Positions 1 through 12,604 of a DNA stretch of 64,000 nt are shown here, piece after piece. A program made the position numbers and the translations under genes. The DNA is from Lingula anatina (lineage: Eukaryota > Animalia > Brachiopoda). The notes below the pieces were generated by a model, which was given only the letters and a program-made list of their open reading frames with translations, was not told where the DNA came from and made no database searches. The stretch's first letter is position 1. Every line of letters begins with the position of its first letter. The stretch lies in assembly GCA_051362555.1 (NCBI GenBank), contig CM120644.1:12918567-12982566 (forward strand), read 5' to 3'.

Positions 1-160
1 TCCGTATGTGCATACGGACTGTCTTCGAGCCCTCTGTCTCTGTCTGAGCCCATGTGCACGCCTCTTCTCACGTTCACCTCCAGGTAAAAGTGACTACTCA
101 TCTTCACGTCTTAGACCGCTATGCACAATCCTGTCTCCGCCGGTTCCCTTTTTTACATTT
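1..160. repeat. Duplicated segment matching ~9475-9635
   Basis: Near-identical sequence TCCGT.TGTGCATACGG...CCGCCGGTTCCCTTTTT at both places. Confidence 0.85.
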
Positions 161-905
161 TTACTTTTAGATTTAACTTTAAGTCGTCCGAAAGTGTACT
201 GTTCTTTGTAATGTTGAAATCGCGCATTAATTACAGTGTACGAGAGCTTAACCAATTAAATCATGTTATACAGAGATGTTTCCTTAGGAATGCGCATTTA
301 CGTTTTCACATAGAAATCACTGTATTTTTCTTCAATATCCAATAAGACTCTGAACTGTGTCAGATAAGTAAATATAGAAGTCTTTTTTTTTGCAGCTTGA
401 TGCACTTCCCCTAGTTACTCTGGCATACTAAGATCATTCCTTACAAAGACATATTTCACATTAAAATCACCCTGTGCTTTTTTTCTATTTTTTAATTTGC
501 CTCAAACAGATAGCCTTAGTAAAGATAAAGAGGCATTCACTACCACAAAGAAAGCAGAAGTCAAATTGCATGATTGATTGATTTCACAGTTTATCTTAAA
601 TGCAGTGGAAAACTAACATTGAAACTCTGTATTTATATAAAAAAAGATAAATGTATAGACTCTTGAAATTCCATTACTCAAACAGTATAGGAACGATGTA
701 TCATACTTCATGTAGCAAGGAAATATACCTGACAGCAGTATGAGGCGTTTTAGGTAGCCCGTATTAACATGTAGTTTGGTGCTTACATCTGATTACACAA
801 GTTAAGCTTTGGAAGCTGCTGGCGAAATGGAATTCATAACATAAAGAGTAGGGGCGAGCGTACGTGACAAAGCAACTTTACCTGGAATACATTTCATATT
901 AATTG

Positions 906-947
906 TATATAAATAAATAACCCTCCTTCAAACACCACGCATCAGTC
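906..947 (+). promoter_or_regulatory. Putative TATA + initiator of EF1 (equivalents near 6000-6040, 10702-10741, 14052-14093)
   Basis: TATATAAA at 906-913 followed by Inr-like TCAGTC at 942-947 and a 44-nt exon ending in a GTAAG donor; the same layout occurs in four copies. Confidence 0.55.
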
Positions 948-1456
948 AAGGCACAAACATCTCACAGAATTGTAGGACAGAAAACTGGTAAGACATATAC
1001 TGTTCAATAACATTACTTTTCTCTTCGCTTAGCACTCAGCATATAGAGCATAAAGCTCTGTCATATTAGTAGTCCTTGTAAATGAGAAGTCCGAATGCCA
1101 CATGTGGAGCAGCTTGGTTTGTGTTTTCCCCACTCAGGTAAGAACGATTCAGGACTATACAGATCAAAAAAGACCAGGCATAAATGTTTAATACAAGTTA
1201 GGATTTCTCCGCTTTAAATTTTACTACTCAAGTGATATGAGTTAAAACAAATGTATACTTGTCCTTAACATTATTATCATCATTACTTAATAGATATGGT
1301 AGATATAATATGTATTTAGTTTTAAATTGTAAAAAAGGAAACTTGCTTATATCTTTAAAAAGGACTTAATCAGTATATAATTTAGATTGGCTGTTAACTT
1401 GTTAGTTCTGTTGATTTCCTTGTTTTAGAAATCTTGGGAATTTAGACTTTAAAATA

Positions 1457-2566
1457 ATGTCATCCATTAAGCTGATAAGCCTGCTCCTACTGGTTGCTGT
1501 ACATGGTGTCGATTCTGCAAATATTGTGAAGGTAGGTCCAGAAAATTGTTTGTTTTTATCGTTCGTTTATTGGAACAAGCTAAGACAGTATTAATACATG
1601 AGCAGTCTGGTTCTTAAAGTGCAGGTAGTTGTGATGAAATTTTCTGCTGGTCTGTAACCTTTCAGTGTGTTTCACTTCATTGAATAAGAGAACGTTTTCT
1701 TTCTTGGATGATGTCTTTTATGTTAAAACGTGTTTACAAACAAAATAAGAAACCAATTTTTCATAAAACCAATATTATTCGACATAATCAACGTCATTTC
1801 TTAGAAAAAAATATGCCTGTCCTAAGCAATAGCCCATATGTCCGTTTTAAACCCAATTTAAAATATTTTTCAAATATTTAAACAAACATAATACATGCAA
1901 GACGATGTCATATCTAAAAAATACACCTGCAAAAAATATTATATATAAATGATATATAGGGCCCACTTGAAAAGCAATTTTCATCTTTTCAAAGAATGTT
2001 TCGATGTTCAGAGAGGTCAGCCCCTAATGTGAAAGATGGACAAGGCTAGGTTGTAAAATCTCATTATTTTCATATCTTAGAATACCAACGGAAAGTTTAA
2101 TTCCTACCGTAAAAGCAAGTACAAAGCATTCTTTGATATCATCGACGTTGATGAAGATGGTGTTGTTACTGAAGAGGAATATGTGGGTTTAACAACAGAA
2201 CGAGCTCAAAAAGTTCTGCCCTCTTGGAGAGCTATGGCAGTGAATGGTATATTTTCCAATGCCTTTCGGGTTTTGTGGTCAAACGGGTACTCCAACAATA
2301 AAACATTCTTTACTTTTAAAGAAATGATTCGGGTTCACGAGATAGACATGCCTATTTCAACAGAGGAGGTCGCTGGAATCTCTTGGGATGTGTTTGACAC
2401 GTTTGACATTGACTGCGATGGCAAGTTGACAGTAGATGAGTATTCCAAATTCCTGTTTGTTTATCGTAACACAGCCGAAATTCAACCAATTTTTGATGCA
2501 ATTGATCAGAACGCAAATGGCGTCCTTGATGCAGAAGAATTTGTAAGTGCATTCGACCTCTATTAG
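1457..2566 (+). CDS. Secreted SCP-like EF-hand calcium-binding protein, copy EF1 (late premature stop; truncated allele or young pseudogene)
   Basis: Non-coding exon ~944-987 (GTAAG donor at 988). Coding exon 1457-1531 MSSIKLISLLLLVAVHGVDSANIVK (signal peptide, phase-0 GTAGGT donor). Exon 2081-2566 after TTAG has EF loops DVDEDGVVTEEE, DIDCDGKLTVDE, DQNANGVLDAEE. TGG>TAG at 2564-2566; the paralog-equivalent stop is TGA at 2615-2617. Confidence 0.8.
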
Positions 2567-3426
2567 TATCGACAAGAGTTCAGCACCACTGATGTAATTA
2601 TCGGCAAGCGGTACTGATGCAGTCGGCAACGGCCAAGAAATAGGTTGACCAGATTCTATCTCAAGTCTTCTAGAAGTATACTGTCCCTTTGAAATGTTTT
2701 AGATACGTATTGATTACAACAATATTTAATTATGTTATACAAGGAAATTTCCTTATAAAGACGAATTTGTGTTTTCACGTAGAAATCACATTGTATTGTT
2801 TCGTCAATTTTCAATGTAAGTCTGAACATGTGAATGAAGTAAATTCAAAAATGATTTCTTCTTTTATCTTTGCTGGGTATATGGTATTTGGAATAAAACA
2901 TCAAAGCCTATTCTTTGATTCTTGCATCTTTATACATTTCTAACCATTTAGGTGGATATTTCGAGGAAATATTTAATAATATTTTTGATAATTTCGATCA
3001 GAACTTATATAATTACCTTGATGCTAATGAAACTACATGTAACCTGTATTGGTATATCCAACAGTATGGCAATTGGTTTTATTTTAGACAACCGTTACTC
3101 ATGAAGTTGGTGATGACTAAGAGGTATATTGTCCATTAAGTTTTAGCTTTCAGATTGCATGTTACTGATTGCCGATGTTGCTTTTTTGCAACGTTTTCGG
3201 TGCTTGCATGAGCATCCCATTGGTTAGGGCAATATTTTACTCTGGCATACTAAGATGATTCCTTTCAAAAACGGATTTCTCATTAAAATCACCCCATGTT
3301 TGTTTTCTTTATTCTTCAATTTGCCTCGAAACAGCGCCACAGTAAAGATACAGAAGTATTCACTACCATAAAGAAAACAGAAGTCAAAATTGTATTTGAT
3401 TGAATAGTTTCATACAGCTGATCTTA

Positions 3427-4233
3427 CAACATTGGTCATAAAGGCTGTCCCACCCCCATTTCCATGTAGGCCTACTTTTATTTACAAATGATCACCTTAC
3501 AGGTGTATATTGTTTTAAACGGTGCTTTTTATTCTAGACACCATGTCTAACATGATTAATGGTTCAAAAACACAAAATAGTGGTGTGAATATGCACATCA
3601 TAACAGCAAACTTGCTCACACTTCTCGCCTGGCAAGTGATTTGTTGTAGAAACACAATGTTCTAAGGATGCAACCACCATCTTTGAACCCTGATATTAAC
3701 CTTACTTATCACATATGACATGAATTGGAGTGTGCAATGCAGAGGGGAACCAACCCAATAAAAACGTGGACCAACTCCCCCAAGCTGTTTAGGAAGAATG
3801 GGATAATATCCCACGAAACAGAATTTTTACCCTTGTTGAAGGCTTGGCACTCCGTCTACAGGAGATAATTGCAGTACGCGGTAGACGCACACGCTATTAG
3901 ACACGTGACCTTTAACGAGCACATCCTAATGCTAATTGTGTGTAAATTTGTTGACGTTTGATGGCGTCTTTTTAATTGAATAGACATTTCTTTACATCTG
4001 TAGAAATCACAATGAAACATTGGATTTGAGGAGGTACCTGTTATAAATTAGACTAAATGGTGAAAAATGTGTATATTTTCACCACTATTTTGTATTTATT
4101 GAACTATTAATCATGTTAGACATTTTATCTGGAATAAAAAGCACTAGTTATAACAATTTACACTTATGAGCTGATCATTTGTAATTAAAAGTACATGGAA
4201 ATGGAAGTGGGACAACCTTTTTGACCAATGCTG
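3427..4233 (+). mobile_element. Internally deleted Tc1-family DNA transposon
   Basis: TA TSD; long TIRs CAACATTGGTCA...TGACCAATGCTG; degraded SPDLNPIEHLW-type transposase motif near 3670-3730. Confidence 0.85.
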
Positions 4234-4296
4234 TATATGCGATGGAAAATTAACAAAGTTACTAGGAATTTGTAAGAAAAATAAGTAAATGTATCG

Positions 4297-5759
4297 GGCA
4301 GTTTTTTTAATAACTTGTTTCTTAAGCTCCGCCGACCTCAAAATGGCCAAATAGAAAAAAAAAAAAAAAAACTGTTAAATCGGAACACAATAAACACAAA
4401 AACTCATAAGTTTTATGGTACTCCCACATCACATAACTGCCTACCAGTTCAAAACGAAGGTTATTTAAGCCAAAGTAAATGACTAGTTCTTTTCCCCCAG
4501 CTTCCGTTTTTTAAGCCAATCAGTGATTCGCTGATATTTTACACTACATGTGTCAAAATAATGCAACATGATCGCGGGAGTAGCATACTCGAGTGGCTGT
4601 CTCTACTTAAGCAAGAAATTGACCACTGTCGTTTGGCTCAGTTTAATAGTGAAGGAGGGACCAAAAAATATTATGCACAAAGGCGATTTTATTTACTGCT
4701 TTCTGTCAGAAATGAAAATATCAACTGTCGACTTCTGTGTCACTCGGAGGGTTTTAACAGGGAGCCGGCAGCCTCGTCAGCACAAATAGGTACTGGACGG
4801 AATGTAATCATGCCGGTCTCTACGACGGCAGATTTTATCTTTATAGTACATTCAGATAACAGTTGCAAAGGAAACACCAAAAGAGGCAGGCTCTGCTAAA
4901 GTCTCCAAGAGCATCCCAAAGACAGCGCACTCGTTTGCTTCTGAAAGTCTCAAGAAAAAATGTGAGTACATTTTCCTGTTTTATTAGAGTGTCATCGTAT
5001 ATTAAATTGAATATATTTTAATTATTGACATAAAAAAACGTATGTTAAATGGTCATTGCTCGCTCACAAGAGCAGAGGTTTCTATACTAAAGCCATGCGT
5101 CTCTGACATTTTTTATTAATTTTAGCCTAGTAATAGTTGTAACTGTCATTTGTTTTGGGTAATATGCCTGTCACCATAAATTAATAATTTGATTTCCACT
5201 GAGTAAAAAAGAGAAAAGAAAAGTAAAAAAAGAGTGCTGCTGCCATATTGACCATTTAAGGTAACCCATTGTACTGATGATTCTCAAACTCACTGAAAGA
5301 TTCATAGGTCTGAAATATAGCCTATTGGATTCAATTTCTGGCAGAAATACTGTTTTTGTGAAATGTTCATTTTTCTTACGTTGGCATTTTCAGTGCGGGA
5401 CTGTAGATGATTAAAATTTGGTGATGATTCTCAAGTTATTCATCACATGATATTGCATCAAGATTGACAAAGAACTATTTTGTACACTACCACCACGAAT
5501 GCATGGAAAGGCAAACCTTTTTTTATTATTTTGTAATGTACCAGAATGATTCTTAGAACTGACATTCATTTAGACAAATAAAACATTAAAATGAATTGCT
5601 GTTTTTATCCTTTCAAAATTGCTTATTTTGTTAAAACAAGTTTTTACCATTATCTAAAGTAGGTTTGAAGATTAATGACCAAAAGGTCATTATTTTGACC
5701 CTCCGATCTCTGACAAAGATAAAAATTGTTTGAGAAAGAAGCAATTAAAAAAACCTGTC
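4297..5759. mobile_element. Non-autonomous DNA transposon, Harbinger-like (3-bp TSD)
   Basis: Imperfect ~28-bp TIRs (GGCAGTTTTTTTAAT.../...ATTAAAAAAACCTGTC); empty site AATGTATAGCTGCTTG near 13792 implies a TAG TSD (left copy reads TCG). Confidence 0.6.
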
Positions 5760-6558
5760 TAGCTGCTTGAAATTCTATTACTCAGATGGTATAATGGTCA
5801 TGTAGCAAGAATATATGCTTGACAGCAGTATGAAGCTCTTTTTAGGTAGCCCGTATTAACTTGTAGTTTGGCGCTAAAATTTGATTACACAATTTTAAGC
5901 TTTGAAATCCGCGGGCGAAATGGGATTGATAACATGAGGAATAGGGGCACGAGTACGTGACAAAGCAACTTTATCTGGAATACATTTCAATATAATGGTA
6001 TTTAAATAAACTGCCCTCCTTCAAACACCAACCATCAGTCAAGGTGCAGATCTCTTATGGAATTGTAGGACAGAAAACTGGTAAGATATGTATACAGTTC
6101 AATAATATTGTATATATAGATTAGTCTTTTCGCTTAGCACTCACCACATAGAGGATGAAGCTGAAGTTAATTTGGTCATATGGCAGTGCTGGTTATTGTA
6201 TATGATAAATCCAACCGCCGTATGTGCATCATCTTAGTTTTTATTTTCCCCACTGAGCTAAGAACAATTCAGAAATGAACTGATCCCTAAAGATCAGGCA
6301 AAGGAATTCTTAGCTTTTATTTATACAATTCGAGTATTATGAGTGTCATGCATTATAATAAGCATATTATTATTCAATTATTATTATTATTATTATTATT
6401 TATAAACGTGTTTAATAGACGTGGTAGATATGTTGTATAAACGGAACTCTGATTATTTGTTTAAATAAGTGACTTAATTAATTCATATTTCAGACTAGTT
6501 GTTTACTTTTTAGTTCTGTTGATTCCCTTTTAGAAACCTTGAAAATTTAGACTTTGAA

Positions 6559-7726
6559 ATGATGTCATCCATTATGCTGATAAGTCTGCTCCTACTTGTT
6601 GCTATTCAAGCTGTCGATTCTTCAAGTATTGTGAAGGTAGGTCCGGAAAAGCATTTGTTATTATCGTTCGTTTATTGAAACAAGCTTATACACTGTTAAT
6701 AGCAAGGCAACACATTTCGTAAAATGCAGGGAGTTGTGTCGGAAGTTTCTGCCAGTCTGTAATCTTTTAGTGTGTTTTATTGAACAACATAAAGCATTTT
6801 CTTGGATGGTGACTTAGCGTGTGTATAAACAAAATAAAATATAAAAGAAAAAACAACAACAAATTTTCATAAAACCAATAATTATATCGGCAAAATCAAA
6901 TTTTTTAACGAAAAAAATAATATACCTGATCAAAACAATTACAGCATCTCATGGCCGTTTTAAACCGAATCTAAATAATTTCCAAATATTTAAACAGGAC
7001 ACATGCAAGGAAATGTCATATCTTAAACAAATAATACACCCTAAAGATATGATATATAAATAATAGCTAGGTCCCATTTGGAAACCAGTTTTTGTCCTTT
7101 TAAAAGAACGTTTCAGCATTCAGAGAGATCGACTCCTAATGTGAAAGACGGGTAATGGTGGGTAATAAAATATCATTTCTTCATTTTAGAATAACAAGGG
7201 AAAGTTTACTTCCTACCGGATTACCAAGTTCAAGGTATTATTTGATATCATCGACGTTGATGAAGATGGCGTTGTTACTGAAAAGGAATTCGTTGGTTTA
7301 ACAACAAAACGAGCTCAAAAAGTTCTGCCGTCTTGGAGAGCCATGGCTTGGAATGGTATGTTTTCCAACGCCTTTCGGGTCTGGTGGTCAAACGAATACT
7401 CTAACAATAAAACATCTTTCACTTTTAAAGAAATGATTCGGGTTCACGAAATAGACATTCCTATTACAACGGAGGAGGTCGCCAAAATCTCATGGGATAT
7501 ATTTGGCACGTTTGACATTGACTGCGATGGCAAGTTGACAGTAGATGAGTATTCCAAATTCCTGTTTGTTCACCGCAACACAGCCGAAATTCAACCAATT
7601 TTTGATGCAATTGATCAGAACGCAAATGGCGTCCTTGATGCAGAAGAATTTGTAAGTGCATTCGACCTGTATTGGTATCGACAAGAGTTCAGCACCACTG
7701 ATGTTATTATGGGCAAACGGTACTGA
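6559..7726 (+). CDS. Secreted SCP-like EF-hand calcium-binding protein, copy EF2 (intact, ~204 aa)
   Basis: UTR exon ~6037-6080; signal-peptide exon 6559-6636 (MMSSIMLISLLLLVAIQAVDSSSIVK); exon 7190-7726 in frame with three canonical EF loops, ends IMGKRY*. Confidence 0.88.
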
Positions 7727-8710
7727 AATAGGTACTGAAATGGCCAAGAAATAGGTCGACCATTTCCTTTAATCTTTAAGAATCTAGCCTACGCCTTCTA
7801 AAAGTATACTACCCCTTTCAAATATTTAAGATGTGCATTGATTACAACAAGATTAAGTTATATTATACAAGGATGTTTCCTTAAGAAGAAAAATTTACGT
7901 TTTCACGTAAAAATTACGTATTTTTTGTCAGTGTTCAATATATGTCTGAACGGTATGCGTGAAGTAATCAAAAAATGATTTTTCTTTGCTCTTTGATGGG
8001 TATATGATATTTGGAATAAACCATGGAAGCCTCCTCTTTGATTTGTGTATTTTTCTACGTTTCTAATCATTAAGACTGAAATTTTGAGGACATATTTGAT
8101 ATTATTTTTGATGCTATCGATCAGAACGAATATGACTAACTTGATTCTAACGAATTTACTTTTGCATGCGAGCTGTATTGGTATCTACAGCAGTTTGGCA
8201 TCTGATATTATTTTAGACAACGGTTACTGATGTGATTGGTTATGACAAGAAAGTAATCTGTCCATGAGGTTTTAGCTTTAGGATTGCACGTTCTGATTGC
8301 TGCTTTGCCCTTGCTTTTTCACAGCTATAGGGTCCACCTTCCTCGTGTTGTGCTTGAAGATCACACTGGTTAGGACAACATTTTTCTTCTAGCATACTAA
8401 TATGATTTCTTAGATAAACGGATTTAACATTAAAACCACGTGCAGTCCGTGTTTGTTTTCTTTATTTTTCAATTTTACCCGAAATACTGTAAAAATACAG
8501 ATGTACTCACTACCACTTAGAAAGCAGAAGTTTACATTGCTTGTGATTGGTTTCACACAGTTGGTTTTAAATGAGATGAAATTTAACATTTTCACTCTGT
8601 ATTTGTAAGAAAAATAGATAAATGAATGGGTGCTTGAAATTCCATTACTCAAACGGTATATTCACAGTGTAACATGCTTCATGTAGCAAATAAAGAAACC
8701 TGACAGCAGT

Positions 8711-9056
8711 GGCTTTTGGTTCTGGTGGTCAAACGAATACCCTAACTATAAAACAGTCTTTACTTTTAAAAATATTTTTCGCGTTCACATTCCTATTTCA
8801 ACGGAGGAGGGAGCTGAATTCTAATCGATATGTTTTGCACGTTTGATATTGATGCGATGGAGAATTGACGATACATGAGTATTCCAAATTTCTGTTTGTT
8901 TATCGCAACACAGATGAGATTCAACCAAATTTTGATGCAATTCATGAGAATGCGAATGGTGTCCTTGATTCCGAAGAATTTATACGTGCATACGACCTCT
9001 GTTGGTATCGGCAAGAGTTCAGCAACACAAACGTTATAATCGGCAAACGTTACTAA
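8711..9056 (+). pseudogene. EF-hand gene fragment, copy EF3 (3' part of last exon only)
   Basis: Upstream-flank sequence (..tgacagcagt) joins directly to mid-exon-3 sequence; in-frame TAA near 8822 and indels; C-terminus CWYRQEFSNTNVIIGKRY still readable. Confidence 0.85.
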
Positions 9057-10261
9057 TGCTGAAGCCATTGTCAAAGAGATAGTTGGACAATAAGAGAGCC
9101 GGAGGAGACATGATTGTGCTAATATTCAGTTGTAAATCGCTTCAAACAGGTAGATAAGATCCAACCTGACCAGTTTCTCAAGACTATTGATTGACAGACA
9201 GAGGCAATTGATTGCCAGTCTCCTTTGCTAGTGATTTTTAGCTCAGATAGGAGGCTTTCGGAATGAAAGTGCCTACACCGTGTAATAGGTGTCATATTTG
9301 GAGTGTACCCTCTAAAAACTCGTCACAATATTAAAAAAAAAGATGTCGTGGAGGTCGAAGAGGTAGACGAAAGTCTTCCTTTCGAGTTGCAAGGTCAAAA
9401 TGAGATGTCCTTTCAAGCAGGAAATTGTACTCATTTCTCGAGTTTGTCTTGCTAACTGCACATGTCCAACATCCTCCGTGTGTGCATACGGGCTGTATTC
9501 GAGCCCTCTGTCTCTGTCTGAGCCCATGTGCACGCCTCTTCTCACGTTCACCTCCAGGTAAAAGTGACTACTCATCTTCACGTCTTAGACCGCTATGCAC
9601 AATCCTGTCTCCGCCGGTTCCCTTTTTACATTTTTATACAGGGATGTATCCTTAGGTAGACAAATTAACGTTTTCACAGAGATATCACTCTGTACTTTTT
9701 CTTCAATTTTCAATGTTACTCTGAACTGTTTCAGTGAAGTTAATTTAAAAGGCATCACTAAAATTATTATTGCCTTTTTTGCTGGGTATACATTTGGAAT
9801 AAAACGTCAAAGCCTCCTCTTTGATTCTTGTCTCTTTCAACATTACTGACCATTTAAACGGATGTTTTGAGGAAATATTCTACAATATTTTGATGCTAAT
9901 AGTCACAGTAAATATAATTGCATCGATGCCAATGAATTGACGTGCATGTGAGCTGTTTTGGTATATACAACGTAACTTTTTATTATTTAAAATCACCGTT
10001 ACTAATAAAGTTGGTAATAGGAAAGAGGTAATCTGCCCATTAAGTTTTAGATTTTAAATTACATGTTACTGATTGTCGATGTTGCTTTTTGGCAGTTTTT
10101 TTTGTGCCTCAGCATCCCATTGGTTAGGATAACATTTTACTGTGGCATACTAAGATGATTCCTTACAAAATTCCTTACAAAACTGTTGCTTTGTATTTGT
10201 AAGAAAAAAAGTAAATGGACAGCCGCTTGAAAATTCAATTACTCAAACGGAACAGTGTAAC

Positions 10262-10502
10262 ATCATGTAAGAATGATGTGTGTGTGTGTGTGTGTGTGTT
10301 TGTGGGGGGGGGGGGGGGGGGGCAAGTGTATTCCCTGAATAGAGGCTATTAAGTTAAACTGCATAGCCTCATTCACTGATGAAGATGTCCTGCTAGACAG
10401 CGAAATAATGAAGGTAAAAACTTAATCTTAATATTAGCTGCTGACTGAAGAAAAAATAACATCATTCTTATAACCTAACACATCTAAAGAAATTCTTCTC
10501 TG
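10262..10502 (+). mobile_element. Penelope-like remnant with degraded hammerhead core and (TG)n/G tract
   Basis: Absent from paralogous flanks; inverted AAGAATGATGT/ACATCATTCTT; CTGATGAAG-stem-CGAAA at 10376-10405. Confidence 0.45.
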
Positions 10503-11454
10503 ACATACTTAATGTAGCAAGGAAATATGCTTGACAGCAGTATGACGCTCCTTTTTAGGTAGCCCGTATTAACATGTAGTTTGTTACTTACATTTGATTA
10601 CACAAAGTTAAACACAGTAGCTGCTGGCAAAATGGAGGAATAGGGGGGACGCGTACATGACAACGCAACTCTATCTGGAATACATTTCATTGTAACTGTA
10701 TTATAAATAAACCGCCCTCCTACAAACACCAAACATCAGTCAAGGTGCAGATCTCTTATGGAATTGTAGGACAGGAAACTGTTACGGTATGTTTAATGCT
10801 CAATTACATTTGGGTTGATATCATATCAGGTACTATCATGAAAATGGCACCCTTTGCCTCTTCACTTAGTACTCAGCATATACACGATGAAACTGAACAT
10901 AAGGATTGTCATGTAGTAGTGCTGGTTATTGTAAATGATACATGTAAGTCCGAGCGCTGATGTGCAGCATTGTATTTTTTCCACGGAGTGGTAAAGACCA
11001 GGCATAAATGGTTATGCAAACTAGAAATTCTCCGGTTTTAACACAACTAAAGTGATATGAATTACGATCCTAGTATTTAATTTGTGTATATTTTTCTCTG
11101 TGTAACGTTTGAAGATTAGACGCTGATTATAACGACAGAAAATACAATAAGGGGAGTGTGATAATGATAGGGTCGCTAAACGATTGTTGACGGAATATTG
11201 TGACTGACCTAATCCCCTGGTCGTCTGGGTAGGCACGTCCCCTTAGAGCACATATGTAAACAAACGATCTTCTTCTTCTTATTATTATTATTGCCTTTTA
11301 GTGTGTTTCATAGATGTGGTAGAAATAAAGTTGGGAATTGTAAAAAAAGGAAACTCTGAGTATTTCTTAAAAAAAGGGAATTAATTAGTTGTTTACTTTT
11401 TAAATCTGTTGATTGTCTTGTTTCAGAAACCTTGACCATTTAGAGTTTGAAATA

Positions 11455-12604
11455 ATGTTATCCATTGAGCTGATAAGTCTCCTCCTACTGGTTGCTGTTC
11501 AAGCCGTCGATTCTTCAAATATTGTGAAGGTATGTCGAGAAAAGCATTTGCTGCTATCGTTCGTTTACTGAAACAAACTAAGACAGTATTGATAGAAAGG
11601 CAGCATGGTTTTTAAAGTGCATTGTGGTGGAATTTTGTGCTAGTCTGAATCCATTGAATTGTGTTCCACTCCAATGGATAAGAGAAAGTTTTATTTTTGT
11701 TTTGTTTTTCTTGGATGGTGCCTTAACATCTGATATACAAAAAAGAAGCTAAATGTTCCTAAAACCAATATTTATTCGGAATAATCATTGTCATTTCTAA
11801 GGAAAATAATACACCTGTTCAAAACAATTACAGCGTCTCATATGTATTAAACCCAACCAAAAATATTTTTCAAATATTTAAGCAAATAAAATACATTTAA
11901 GAAATTGTCATATAACAAATAAAACACCCGCAAATTATGATATATAAACGATATGTAGGATCCATTTGAAAGCCAATGTTTATCCTTTCAGTGCTCAGAA
12001 AGATCAGTTCATAATTTGTAAGATAGGCAAGGGTGGGTCATAAAAATATCGTTTATTCATATTTCAGAATTCCAAGGGGAAAATTACTTCCTACCAGATA
12101 ACCAAGTTCAAAGCGGCCTTTGATATCTTTGACGTTGATGAAGATGGCGTTGTTACTGAAGAGGAATTCGTTGGTTTAACAACAGAACGAGCTCAAAAAG
12201 TTCTGCCCTCTTGGAGATCTTTGGCGGTGAATGGTATATTTTTCATTGGCTTTCGGGTCTGGTGGTCAAACAAATACTCCAACTATAAAACATCCTTCAC
12301 TTTTAAAGAAATGATTCAGGTTCACGAGACAGACATGCCTATTACAACGAAGGAAGGCATCGAAATCTCATCTGATTTGTTTGAAACGTTTGACATTGAC
12401 TGCGATGGCAACTTGACAGTATATGAGTATTCCAAGTTCCTTTCTGTTTATCGCAACACTGCTGAGATTCAACCAATTTTTGATGCAATTGATCAGAACG
12501 CAAATGGCTTTCTTGATTACGATGAATTTGTAAGTGCATACGACCTCTATTGGTATCGTGGAGAGTTCAGCACCACAGATGTAATTATCGGCAAGCGGTA
12601 CTGA
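11455..12604 (+). CDS. Secreted SCP-like EF-hand calcium-binding protein, copy EF4 (intact, 203 aa)
   Basis: Signal-peptide exon 11455-11529 (MLSIELISLLLLVAVQAVDSSNIVK, GTATGT donor); exon 12068-12604 after TTTCAG, in frame, three EF loops. Confidence 0.88.

Noticed and set aside
2352-2629. Recurrent minus-strand ORFs over EF exon 3
   Set aside because: Antisense shadows with non-ATG starts and no independent gene signals.
7190-7726. Calling the EF proteins photoproteins or luciferases
   Set aside because: The fold layout fits, but the His/Trp/Tyr triad is not recognisable and the C-terminal half resembles SCPs at least as much; function cannot be inferred from sequence alone.
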